Shown here piece by piece: positions 17,216-26,004 of a stretch of 64,000 nt of DNA. The stretch lies in IMG/VR virus record IMGVR_UViG_3300010882_000010. The stretch is one strand, 5' to 3'. This DNA is from a virus (Duplodnaviria; Heunggongvirae; Uroviricota; Caudoviricetes). Position numbers and translations under genes: made by a program. Position 1 is the stretch's first letter. Each line of letters begins with the position of its first letter. The notes beneath the pieces are model-generated. The model did no database searches. It was not told the DNA's origin and saw only the letters and a program-made list of their open reading frames with translations.

Positions 17216-18292
17216 ATGACAAACAAACAGTTATTAAAACAAAAACTAAATGAAGATGTATTACTCGCCGAAACATTATCAAAATGGTTACCTAGATTAG
17301 GTGGAAAAGTTTCTAAGGAAGACAAACTTATTGCAAACAAAATTAGAGTTGCAATGGAACTTTCTCCAGCAGATTATCGTAAGTACATCGTTGCTAAAAC
17401 TAAAGTAGTAGAAACAGCAATGTGTCAAAAAGAATGGGGTAGAATTGATTATGAACATGTACCATCAGTTGCGATGTCTCGTTACATGAAAGCTTTTGGT
17501 AAAAACGATGGAATTAGATTTACAGAATACGTGCAATCTGTTCAAAAAGGTGAAAAAGTAATGCATGCAAGTGCTACTTATCCATATGATATTATTCGCG
17601 CTTTAAGAAATTGTAGTAATCCTGATGCCGCAAATGCACAATGGTTGCAATTACCTAACTATTTGGAAGGTAATAAAGAATCTATTATGCCAATGGTTGA
17701 TGTTTCGGGTTCTATGGATAGCAAAGTTTCTGGAAGTATTACAGCAATGGATATTTCAATTTCTTTGGGAATTTATGTAGCAGAAAGAATGGAAGGACCG
17801 TTTAGAGATCATTTCATTACTTTCACAAGTGAACCAAAGTTACAAAGATTAACCGGAAGCTTATCTTCAAGATTACAACAAATTAAAGGACCTGTTGGAT
17901 ATGATACAAATATCGAAGCAGCTTTTAGAATGTTGTTAGATTGTGCTATTAAAGGTAATGTACCTCAATCTGAAATGCCTACAAAAATAATGATTATATC
18001 GGACATGGAATTTAATAATTCTTGTATTAGTGGACATGATGTAACAGCTATGTCAAAGATAAACAGTCTTTATGAAGCAGCCGGATACAAAAGACCTGAT
18101 ATTATTTTCTGGAAAGTAAACGTTCTTTCTATGGAAAATTGCCCTGTAAAACATGATGCAGAGGGTACATGCTTAGTTTCGGGATTTTCCCCAAGTATTT
18201 TGACATCATTGCTTGGTGGTGAAATGACTCCAATGAAAATTTTGGAAAAAACTATCAACAATCCAAGATATGATAAAGTAGTTCTTGGATAA
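17216..18292 (+). CDS. DUF2828/TROVE-like protein, C-terminal fragment with vWA domain
   Basis: SKWLPR, YRK...VVETAMC..W..IDYEHVPSVAM, MIDAS DVSGSM, IISDMEF, VSGFSP. Confidence 0.88.
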   Translation: MTNKQLLKQKLNEDVLLAETLSKWLPRLGGKVSKEDKLIANKIRVAMELSPADYRKYIVAKTKVVETAMCQKEWGRIDYEHVPSVAMSRYMKAFGKNDGIRFTEYVQSVQKGEKVMHASATYPYDIIRALRNCSNPDAANAQWLQLPNYLEGNKESIMPMVDVSGSMDSKVSGSITAMDISISLGIYVAERMEGPFRDHFITFTSEPKLQRLTGSLSSRLQQIKGPVGYDTNIEAAFRMLLDCAIKGNVPQSEMPTKIMIISDMEFNNSCISGHDVTAMSKINSLYEAAGYKRPDIIFWKVNVLSMENCPVKHDAEGTCLVSGFSPSILTSLLGGEMTPMKILEKTINNPRYDKVVLG

Positions 18293-18327
18293 TTAAAACG
18301 GTTTGCAGACCGATACCGAAAAAAGTA

Positions 18328-18372
18328 AAACTTTTTGGACCGTTTGTGTAATAATAGCACAAACGGTTTTTT
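18328..18372 (+). promoter_or_regulatory. class B promoter overlapped by a terminator-like hairpin
   Basis: AAACTTTT-N13-TAATAATA with the TAATAATA box in the loop of ACCGTTTGTG/CACAAACGGT plus T tract. Confidence 0.65.
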
Positions 18373-18375
18373 ATT

Positions 18376-18570
18376 ATGATTTTAAATTGGTTTTTTGCTT
18401 TTTGCTTACTTGGTATTTTAAGTGCCGGCGTTTTTGGAATTTCGAATGATTTTCTTTGTAATAATTCTAAAGGAGCTGAAATTGCTACCTTAATTTCGGG
18501 ATTTAGTATGATTTTAAGTCAACTAGGAATAATAGTATTAATAATTTTGGAAATAATTTCTTTATGGTAA
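18376..18570 (+). CDS. small two-helix membrane protein
   Basis: Two hydrophobic segments in 64 aa. Confidence 0.6.
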   Translation: MILNWFFAFCLLGILSAGVFGISNDFLCNNSKGAEIATLISGFSMILSQLGIIVLIILEIISLW

Positions 18571-19181
18571 TTTTAGAAGAGTTAAAGGAAATTTTAGGTA
18601 ATGAAGAAAAAGTAATCAATTTTGAAACTGTTAAAGTTGATGATACTTTTTTAAGGCCTAGCAAGATTAAGTTTCTTTCAGATGTTTCTTACCTTAATAG
18701 TAGATATTATGATTTTAGTTGGGATTATTCTAATGAAGCACTTAGAATTACAGTAGATGATATCAATTATCATTTATTGGAACTTAATGTAGTTGAAAGG
18801 TTTAGAGTAATAACTGAATATCAGTATGAAGATAGAAATTTTTTGTTTTTTCATTGGAGAAAGAAAGTAGGACAAACAACAAATGAAGATGCTTGTAAAA
18901 AACTCTTAGAGAAAATTAAGACTGATATTGAAGAAAAGAACAAGCATATCAAAATTGATATTAAGAAATGGTTTAGTAATAAAGATAATGCACTTTATTA
19001 TGGATTTAAGGTAAAGACCTATCTCATTAGTAAACAACAAGTTGGAAGTTACAAAACGGAATTACAAGAAGTTTCAATTTTTGATTTGAAAAGTTTGAAA
19101 AGAGAAAACAAGAAAAAGCAATTAAAAGAGAAGCAACAATTAATTGACAAAAAATTAGAAAATTTTTTAGCATGGCTATGA
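18564..19181 (+). CDS. hypothetical protein
   Basis: 205-aa ORF in an overlapping gene run. Confidence 0.6.
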   Translation: MVILEELKEILGNEEKVINFETVKVDDTFLRPSKIKFLSDVSYLNSRYYDFSWDYSNEALRITVDDINYHLLELNVVERFRVITEYQYEDRNFLFFHWRKKVGQTTNEDACKKLLEKIKTDIEEKNKHIKIDIKKWFSNKDNALYYGFKVKTYLISKQQVGSYKTELQEVSIFDLKSLKRENKKKQLKEKQQLIDKKLENFLAWL

Positions 19182-19426
19182 TACAAGAAAACAGAAAATT
19201 ATCAGGAATTTTCTTCAGGTTGAAAAATGAAGAATCTGGTGAAATGGAAGTTAGATGTTTTGAAGATTTTTCAGAAGATCAGCAAAAGTTCATTATGGAA
19301 CAAAATAGTAAGACTAACAAAGATTATCAGATGTGGTTAGAAGGTCTTTGTTTGCAACTTTCAAGAACAATTAAAGAAATTGGAAATGAGTTAGATCTCT
19401 TTTCTGAATACAACTTAGAATCTTAG
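19172..19426 (+). CDS. hypothetical protein
   Basis: 84-aa ORF. Confidence 0.55.
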   Translation: MAMIQENRKLSGIFFRLKNEESGEMEVRCFEDFSEDQQKFIMEQNSKTNKDYQMWLEGLCLQLSRTIKEIGNELDLFSEYNLES

Positions 19427-19542
19427 TTCAAAAAAGTTGGAATAGATAACATGACTGTGAATTTTGTCCGAGTTTAGCTCAGGCAAACAAAAACAAAATT
19501 AACAATACTAAAATAATATCCAATCTAAGGAGGGATTACAAA

Positions 19543-20007
19543 ATGCATGAATTAGTAAAATTCAACAATCAATTAAACAATTATTTAAATAGTTGGGGCG
19601 TAGAACCATTTTCAATTCTATGCCGAAATTTTTTCAATGAAAATTCACTTTTTGAACCGATTGAAGATTTTAAATTTAATCATCCTGTTGATGTAACAAA
19701 AACAAAGGAAGGATTAGAAATTGAAGTCGCGGCAGTGGGAATTGATAAAGAAGACATCAAAATTAACATTGAAGATGGTAATGTGCTTAGAATTTCTTAC
19801 GATAAGAAAGAAGTAGAAGAAACCGAAAATGAAGAAAAGAAAACAATCCACAAAGGAATCAGTAGAAAATCATTCAAGTATGGTTATCAATTAGATTCTA
19901 GCAGATATGATCTTAATGATATTAAGGCAAATTTAGAGAAAGGTTTGCTTACTATTAAGGTTAAACATTGTGAAAAAGCATTACCTAAAATGGTAACAAT
20001 TAACTAA
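19543..20007 (+). CDS. small heat shock protein (Hsp20/alpha-crystallin)
   Basis: PVDV......IEVAAVGIDKEDIKI, IHKGISRKSF, A.LEKGLLTI. Confidence 0.93.
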   Translation: MHELVKFNNQLNNYLNSWGVEPFSILCRNFFNENSLFEPIEDFKFNHPVDVTKTKEGLEIEVAAVGIDKEDIKINIEDGNVLRISYDKKEVEETENEEKKTIHKGISRKSFKYGYQLDSSRYDLNDIKANLEKGLLTIKVKHCEKALPKMVTIN

Positions 20008-20034
20008 AAGTAAAAACAAGATAATTCACAGTCG

Positions 20035-20062
20035 AAATCCCTTAAGAAATTGAGGGATTTTT
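20035..20062 (+). terminator. intrinsic terminator
   Basis: AAATCCCTTAA-GAAA-TTGAGGGATTT plus T tract. Confidence 0.8.
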
Positions 20063-20122
20063 AGTTTTAAATCAAAACTTTTTGAGAATTTTGAATTAAA
20101 ACAATAGTAGAAATTTGCAATT

Positions 20123-20428
20123 ATGATGACAGAAATTTGCGTAATTAAGATAGAGACAAAACATCTTTTTACACCAGGTAAGGATTATTTTCTTCGATAT
20201 GGAAAGCGGACAATTAAGTTAATTTGTTTAAGACCATCCACAGAAGGATGGATTTTTCAAGCAGAAGAAAAGTTGGAAGAAATTAAAAAGTACTTTGAAC
20301 CTGAAGGATTTTTAAATGGTAAGCTAACATCTGAAGATGCTAATACTATTGATACTTTACTTTTAGAAATCAAACCATTAACACCAACACATGGTCTAAT
20401 AAAAACAAAAGATAATGAAACATGTTAA
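20123..20428 (+). CDS. hypothetical protein
   Basis: ORF in an overlapping run. Confidence 0.55.
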   Translation: MMTEICVIKIETKHLFTPGKDYFLRYGKRTIKLICLRPSTEGWIFQAEEKLEEIKKYFEPEGFLNGKLTSEDANTIDTLLLEIKPLTPTHGLIKTKDNETC

Positions 20429-20891
20429 AATTCCTATTTACGAATTTAAAGAATTAAGTGAGAACATTCGTAAATGGAAAATTGAAGGAGTTGAAAAAAC
20501 TTTTGATGAAAATCCAGAATCTTTTATGCCAAAAGATGTTTGGGCAGAGTTAAAAGGATTTTACAAAGATAATTTAGTAGGAACTTTGCAAAACTATTAT
20601 TATCAAATTGATGGAACTGTTGTAGGAAAGAAGTGGGAAATTGATGAATTACAAGAGGATTTAAGATTCATGGATAATTTCATAGTAAGTTTTCAATATC
20701 CAAAATCTGGAATTTTTGAAGTTGAAATTAAAGATCCAAGAGATGTTTTAAAATTTCAAAAATTGTGTGAATTGATAAAGGTCCCAGGTGAGTATTATCC
20801 TGGAGTCAGAGTTTGGAAAAATGGTAAAGAAATTGATGTTTTAGATTTGCAAATTGCTTTAGGACAAGTTAAAATTAAAGAAATCATATGA
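20415..20891 (+). CDS. hypothetical protein
   Basis: ORF in an overlapping run. Confidence 0.6.
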   Translation: MKHVKIPIYEFKELSENIRKWKIEGVEKTFDENPESFMPKDVWAELKGFYKDNLVGTLQNYYYQIDGTVVGKKWEIDELQEDLRFMDNFIVSFQYPKSGIFEVEIKDPRDVLKFQKLCELIKVPGEYYPGVRVWKNGKEIDVLDLQIALGQVKIKEII

Positions 20892-21109
20892 TGATAGAAG
20901 CAATGCAAAACAGAATAATGCAGCCTAAATTAATGGAAGCACATTGGAAAAGTTGTCCATTCTTTGAAGAGAAAAATTGCGGAAGTTGGTATTGTTTTGC
21001 TAATAATTATGAAGCTGATTTTGAAGAACATGATGAACTTTGTGATAAGGATTGTTATTACATGAGAAGTTTTGAAGCAGAACTTGAAAAATTAGGTTTT
21101 AAAGCATGA
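20888..21109 (+). CDS. small Cys-rich protein
   Basis: CPFF....C...YC...CDKDCYYM. Confidence 0.55.
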   Translation: MMIEAMQNRIMQPKLMEAHWKSCPFFEEKNCGSWYCFANNYEADFEEHDELCDKDCYYMRSFEAELEKLGFKA

Positions 21110-21288
21110 CAATTAAAGAAAAAGAAAAATTAATCCAAGAACGCAGAGATGCTTGTTGTCTTTACAGTGAAAGAAATGGCGAAAGAAATTGTGCCAGCGG
21201 TTTAACTTTTAGGTGGAATCCTTGTGGAATTTTACCATGTAATGATCAATGTGATTGGATGCAAAACTATGTTAAAACTTTAGAATAA
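21106..21288 (+). CDS. small Cys-rich protein, probable paralogue of the preceding gene
   Basis: CCLY......RNC...CNDQCDWM. Confidence 0.55.
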   Translation: MTIKEKEKLIQERRDACCLYSERNGERNCASGLTFRWNPCGILPCNDQCDWMQNYVKTLE

Positions 21289-21773
21289 TGAGAATAGAAA
21301 TTAGACTAGGACAAGTTTTCAAAGATGGAAACTATGCAACGCCGGGAAGCGAAGAACAGTGGTATGAGTACGATTACAAAGATTGGAGTACACAACTATA
21401 CAAAGATAATTTTAAAGCCAACGTTAAAGTAGTTTACGATATTGTAGAACGAGCAAACAAGGGTGAAAACATCTTAATTGATAATTGTGACCATTTTGTT
21501 ACTTATCTTGTAAACAATTGTCTTTTTAGAAAAGTAGTTGAAAATGAGATTAAAAGATTAGAAGATGTTGAGATGCTTGAATTATTACCTCCTGTAGAAA
21601 CTTTTTGTGATATTTTAGAAATTGATGAAGATGGTAAAGAAGTTTCAATTTTAACAGAAGATCACAGAGGTTGTATCGGTAGTAATTGGTTTGACAAACA
21701 AATGAAAATCATAATGGATGATTTTTATCGACTATTGAATTTTTACTGGTCTGAAGATGAAAAAGAAGATTAA
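21288..21773 (+). CDS. hypothetical protein
   Basis: 161-aa acidic ORF. Confidence 0.6.
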   Translation: MRIEIRLGQVFKDGNYATPGSEEQWYEYDYKDWSTQLYKDNFKANVKVVYDIVERANKGENILIDNCDHFVTYLVNNCLFRKVVENEIKRLEDVEMLELLPPVETFCDILEIDEDGKEVSILTEDHRGCIGSNWFDKQMKIIMDDFYRLLNFYWSEDEKED

Positions 21774-21791
21774 AAAGTTTCAAAAAATTTT

Positions 21792-21807
21792 GGAATAAAT
21801 AGTAAAA
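21792..21807 (+). promoter_or_regulatory. class A phage promoter driving tnpB
   Basis: GGAATAAATAGTAAAA 23 nt before the ATG. Confidence 0.75.
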
Positions 21808-21830
21808 GTTGTAATCATACAAACACTAAA

Positions 21831-23075
21831 ATGATTTTATCAGAACAACACATCATTAAACAATCAAATCCTCTTTATCAAGAGTTAGATATGTTGTGTT
21901 TTTTATCTAAAAATCTTTACAATTCAGCTCTTTATTCTGTACGTCAACATTATTTTGAAACAGGTAAATATCTAGGAAAGTTTGAATTGATTAAAAAGTT
22001 TGTTAAAGAAAAACAAGTTGATTATTATGCTTTACCTACTAAAGTGGCTACATGTGTACTTTTTCAAGTAGATCAAAACATGAAATCATTTTTTACACTT
22101 TTAAAGTTAAAACAAAAAGGACAATATCAACAACAAGTTAAATTACCTAAGTATCTTAAAAAAGATGGAAGAAACATAGGGATATTTCCAGAAGATGGAA
22201 TTTCAGGAAAAGAATTAAAGAAAGGAATTATCAAATTCGGTGGAATAGAAATTAACAAAAAATTTGTTTCATTAGTTAAAGGAACTATCAAAACCAAACA
22301 ACAAAAGGTTCAACAAGTTCGTATTATTCCTAAAAACGGATACTATACTGTAGAAGTGCTTTACAAAGTAGAATCAAAATCTAAACTACAAGACAATCAA
22401 AAATACTTATCAATTGATTTAGGCATAAACAACTTAGCAACTTTAACTTCTAATGTAACTAAACCTATCATAGTAAACGGAAGACCTGTAAAGAGTATTA
22501 ACCAATACTTTAACAAAACTAAAGCAAAACTCTCTTCACAATTAGAAACAGTAAACAAAACTAAATCATCAAAAAGAACTCAATCTTTATCCTTAAAGAG
22601 AAACAATAAAATCAAAGATTACTTTCACAAGACATCTAGATTCATAGTGAATCATGCAATTTCTAACGACCTTAATACTATAATTATCGGTAAGAATCAA
22701 GGCTGGAAACAAGACACAAATCTAGGTAGAGTTAATAATCAAAAGTTTGTTTCAATTCCATTTAACAATTTAATTCAAATGATAAGTTACAAAGCTGAAT
22801 TACAAGGAATTAAAGTTATTGTAAGAGAAGAAAGTTACACAAGCCAAGCAAGTTTCTTGGATGGAGATTTCATACCAAAGTATGGAGATAAGGATATTAA
22901 GGAATTTAGTGGAAAGAGGATTAAAAGAGGTCTCTACCAGACTAAAAATGGTAGATTAATTAATGCTGATGTTAACGGAAGTTTAAACATCATGAAAAAA
23001 GAAGTTTCAAATGCTTTTGTGATAGAAAGATATGGAATAGAGGTGTGTGATACGCCATTAGTTGTAGGATTCTAG
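21831..23075 (+). CDS. tnpB: TnpB RNA-guided nuclease (IS200/IS605/IS607 OrfB family), no tnpA adjacent
   Basis: SKNLYN N-terminus, RuvC-I SIDLGINNLA, IIIGKNQGWKQ, REESYTS, RuvC-III NADVNGSLNI. Confidence 0.92.
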   Translation: MILSEQHIIKQSNPLYQELDMLCFLSKNLYNSALYSVRQHYFETGKYLGKFELIKKFVKEKQVDYYALPTKVATCVLFQVDQNMKSFFTLLKLKQKGQYQQQVKLPKYLKKDGRNIGIFPEDGISGKELKKGIIKFGGIEINKKFVSLVKGTIKTKQQKVQQVRIIPKNGYYTVEVLYKVESKSKLQDNQKYLSIDLGINNLATLTSNVTKPIIVNGRPVKSINQYFNKTKAKLSSQLETVNKTKSSKRTQSLSLKRNNKIKDYFHKTSRFIVNHAISNDLNTIIIGKNQGWKQDTNLGRVNNQKFVSIPFNNLIQMISYKAELQGIKVIVREESYTSQASFLDGDFIPKYGDKDIKEFSGKRIKRGLYQTKNGRLINADVNGSLNIMKKEVSNAFVIERYGIEVCDTPLVVGF

Positions 23076-23141
23076 AACTAAGAAAACTTTTTAAAAGTTA
23101 ATCATCGTAGGTAATTAGAACTATTAAAATTATTAACATCT

Positions 23142-23390
23142 ATGATTAAACTAACACAACATAGTGAATGGAATGGACAACCAAAACCAGATGATGGTAA
23201 GAAAGTTTTGATAAATCCATTTTGGCTTTCAATGGTTGAAGAGTTAGAATTTGGAACAAGAATACATGTGCAAGCTAATTCAAAATATGGGGTTACTAAA
23301 TTCCAAACAAAAGAAAGTTTTAAACAAATTGAAGATATTTTAAAAGTAGAACAGTTTGAAAAGAAGAACAAACCATTGACAATTGTTTAG
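23142..23390 (+). CDS. hypothetical protein
   Basis: 82 aa; MIKLT...VLINP..L.MVEE...T.I...TKES pattern recalls FlbD-like small proteins. Confidence 0.5.
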   Translation: MIKLTQHSEWNGQPKPDDGKKVLINPFWLSMVEELEFGTRIHVQANSKYGVTKFQTKESFKQIEDILKVEQFEKKNKPLTIV

Positions 23391-23643
23391 AAAAATAGAG
23401 GTAAATAGTAAGATGAATGAAGTACTTGAATTAACACCAGAAAATTTCTATGATTATTTTGATGATCCTCTTTTAGATGATGAATTGTTTGGAGATAAAA
23501 AACATTTTACACTTGAAGAGAAATTAAACAGTGGAAAAGAATCTTTTGATAATTTGGTATTATTAGGTTTGAAAAAACCGGAAGAATGGGATGAACACAA
23601 AAAAGAATTAACAAAATTTTATCAAGAACATGAACAAATTTGA
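23383..23643 (+). CDS. hypothetical protein (start may be ATG 23413)
   Basis: Acidic ORF overlapping both neighbours. Confidence 0.5.
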   Translation: MFRKIEVNSKMNEVLELTPENFYDYFDDPLLDDELFGDKKHFTLEEKLNSGKESFDNLVLLGLKKPEEWDEHKKELTKFYQEHEQI

Positions 23644-24481
23644 TCAATTTTTAAAAGGAGAAATTATTGTTGAAAAATCAATTAACAGATTTTTTTACAT
23701 GATGGAAAATCATGATATTGCAACTATTAGTGGATGGAGAAAAGAAATTAAAGCACAACATCCTGGAATTTCTTTATGGTATGGTTATCAACAGTATTTA
23801 GAAACTGGTGAACAAGTTAAAAGAAATAGTAAAGATAGTGCCAATAAAGAATTAGTACGAATGTTACAAAATTTAAAGTACGGAGTTACAAAAGTACAAG
23901 GTGGATATCCAGAAAATAATAATGGTAAAGTAAAACTTAATGATGCTGAAAATTCTTTCATAGTTGTTAATCTTAATAATGATCCAAGTTTTCATCAAAA
24001 TCTAATTAAAATAGCAGGATTTTTTAATCAAGATTCAGTTGGTTTTATTGATAAAGGAACAGAAGGAAACTTTTACTTGGTTACTACTAATGATTCAGAT
24101 GAAAATAGTCCATATGGTACTAAATTTTCAATTGGTAAAATGAAAAATGTTAATACTATTGAGTACTTTTTTACTAAAATCAAAGGTCATTATCTTTCAG
24201 CGATGGAAGAATCTTTAAATTCATTAACAAATCGTAATTTTCATGATTTTTTTGATTCAACAGATGAGATGTTTGAAGATGAAAAAAATCTTAATGGATG
24301 GTCTAGATTGGCTAAAAGAAAACAAACGTATGAAAATTTAAAGTCTCTTGATATTAAAGAAGCACGAGATTTCAATGGACATACAGATGAAGAAAGAAGA
24401 CAAGATCAAATTTTAGCAGAAGAAAACAATGCAAAAACTACAAGACCAAGTAAACTATTTCAAAATTTAGCAAAATTTTAA
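23630..24481 (+). CDS. conserved phage protein, possible SAM-lyase-like fold, with capsid-targeting-like N-terminus
   Basis: MNKFDQFL..EIIVE; IATISGWR, VQGGYPE, ENSFIV, FNQDSV. Confidence 0.45.
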   Translation: MNKFDQFLKGEIIVEKSINRFFYMMENHDIATISGWRKEIKAQHPGISLWYGYQQYLETGEQVKRNSKDSANKELVRMLQNLKYGVTKVQGGYPENNNGKVKLNDAENSFIVVNLNNDPSFHQNLIKIAGFFNQDSVGFIDKGTEGNFYLVTTNDSDENSPYGTKFSIGKMKNVNTIEYFFTKIKGHYLSAMEESLNSLTNRNFHDFFDSTDEMFEDEKNLNGWSRLAKRKQTYENLKSLDIKEARDFNGHTDEERRQDQILAEENNAKTTRPSKLFQNLAKF

Positions 24482-24484
24482 CAT

Positions 24485-25126
24485 ATGAAACATCTTATTA
24501 TAGCTGGACCAGATTGTGTAGGAAAGAATCTCTTAATTAAAAACATCATTAAGGATTTTGAGAATATTACAGTACGTCATTTTACAGTTCCGAAAAATCT
24601 AAAACCGGGAGAGATAACCAATTATTGGAAAGATGAGTATTCTCATGCTTTGCATTTGGTTAATCATGCACGAAAAGAAGAAAAATGTCCACACAAACTT
24701 TACGTTTGGAATCGTTCTCATATCTGTGAAACTGTTTATGGTCCTCTTTATCGAAATTCAAACTCAGAATGGATTTGGAAAATGGAACAATTTTGGGATT
24801 TAGACAAAGAAGATGAAACTTACCTTATCTTACTTTATGCAGATCCTGAATTTATTGTAAAACAAGAAGATGGTGAATCCATTTCTAATGAACTTGAAAA
24901 GAGACAAAAAGAAGTTCAACTTTATCTTGAAGGATTTGAAAAATCAATTATCAAAAACAAGTTAAAACTTAAAGTAAATGAAGGAGATGAGTATGTGCCG
25001 GCAATAGGAATTTGGTACAAAGTTTCAAATTTCATTCATGGTTTGGATATTGATAAAATTATTGCAGAAAATTCAACATCTTCACATGTTGAGCAATTAA
25101 AAGCACTTAACCGAAAGGAAAATTAA
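24485..25126 (+). CDS. thymidylate/dNMP kinase-like P-loop protein
   Basis: IIAGPDCVGKN, WNRSHICETVYGPLYR. Confidence 0.8.
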   Translation: MKHLIIAGPDCVGKNLLIKNIIKDFENITVRHFTVPKNLKPGEITNYWKDEYSHALHLVNHARKEEKCPHKLYVWNRSHICETVYGPLYRNSNSEWIWKMEQFWDLDKEDETYLILLYADPEFIVKQEDGESISNELEKRQKEVQLYLEGFEKSIIKNKLKLKVNEGDEYVPAIGIWYKVSNFIHGLDIDKIIAENSTSSHVEQLKALNRKEN

Positions 25127-25143
25127 AATAACGACAAAGAAAA

Positions 25144-25548
25144 ATGAAAAAATTTCTAAAACTATTAGTAGTTGGACTATTTTTTGGAATTTGCTTGACA
25201 TCATGTAATTCATGTAACATGCAAAAACCTGAGTTCCAATTTAATGTGGATGTTTGTGGTGAATTCTTTGAACCTCAAACAGGTATTTCAGGAGAATTTG
25301 ACAGTCACGTTTACAATTTTGTACTACCATTTAAAAATTTAGCAGATACCGAAGAAGAAATCAGAGAAGATGAAGTTACACCTCAGAAACAAAGTGAAAT
25401 GGAAGATTGGTTAGACAAGTACTTTAAAGAACAAATTCTTAGTAACATGCCAGAAACATCAACTTACTCTATTACAATTACAGGAATTTTAAGAGAAGCT
25501 AATACTGGAATTATGATTATGGTTAATAAAACATTCACAAAACCTTAA
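25144..25548 (+). CDS. lipoprotein
   Basis: MKK + hydrophobic core + lipobox LTSC. Confidence 0.7.
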   Translation: MKKFLKLLVVGLFFGICLTSCNSCNMQKPEFQFNVDVCGEFFEPQTGISGEFDSHVYNFVLPFKNLADTEEEIREDEVTPQKQSEMEDWLDKYFKEQILSNMPETSTYSITITGILREANTGIMIMVNKTFTKP

Positions 25549-25550
25549 TC

Positions 25551-25889
25551 ATGAATAAGTTTGATAAGTTTTTGGCTGGGAATACAGATGAAATTAATGA
25601 GTACTTAAGTTTAAGAAAGTATTTTGTGGGTGCTCAAACTGTTACTCAACTTGATTTTTTAAAGAAAAGATTAGAAAGAGAAATTGAACAAGGTAATCGA
25701 GATAAAGTTCCTCCCAAAATAGTTGATTTTTTCTACAGAGAAAGACTTAATCAACTAGGTCCTGGTTCATCAAAAGATGATGAAACTGAAGTAAACAGGA
25801 TAAATGCAGCAATGCAAGATTTGATAAGAAGTGAACAAATCAAAGCTCAACAAAATAGACCAACCGAGTTTGGACCATTAGCTTTTTAG
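25551..25889 (+). CDS. putative internal head protein
   Basis: MNKFDKFL.G...INEY, same N-terminus as 23630. Confidence 0.5.
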   Translation: MNKFDKFLAGNTDEINEYLSLRKYFVGAQTVTQLDFLKKRLEREIEQGNRDKVPPKIVDFFYRERLNQLGPGSSKDDETEVNRINAAMQDLIRSEQIKAQQNRPTEFGPLAF

Positions 25890-25942
25890 CAAAAAACTTA
25901 GTAAATTCAATAGTAAAAGTGAAGTTTTAGTTGTCAAAACTA

Positions 25943-25971
25943 AAACTTTTTTGATTCTCCGAATAGTAATA
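25943..25971 (+). promoter_or_regulatory. class B phage promoter
   Basis: AAACTTTT-N13-TAGTAATA. Confidence 0.65.
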
Positions 25972-26004
25972 ACCAATTTAACAAGAACTTTAATTTTTAA
26001 CACT

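Noticed and set aside
21831-23075. Cas12f/type V CRISPR effector
   Set aside because: No array or cas1/2/4 nearby; size and motifs fit TnpB
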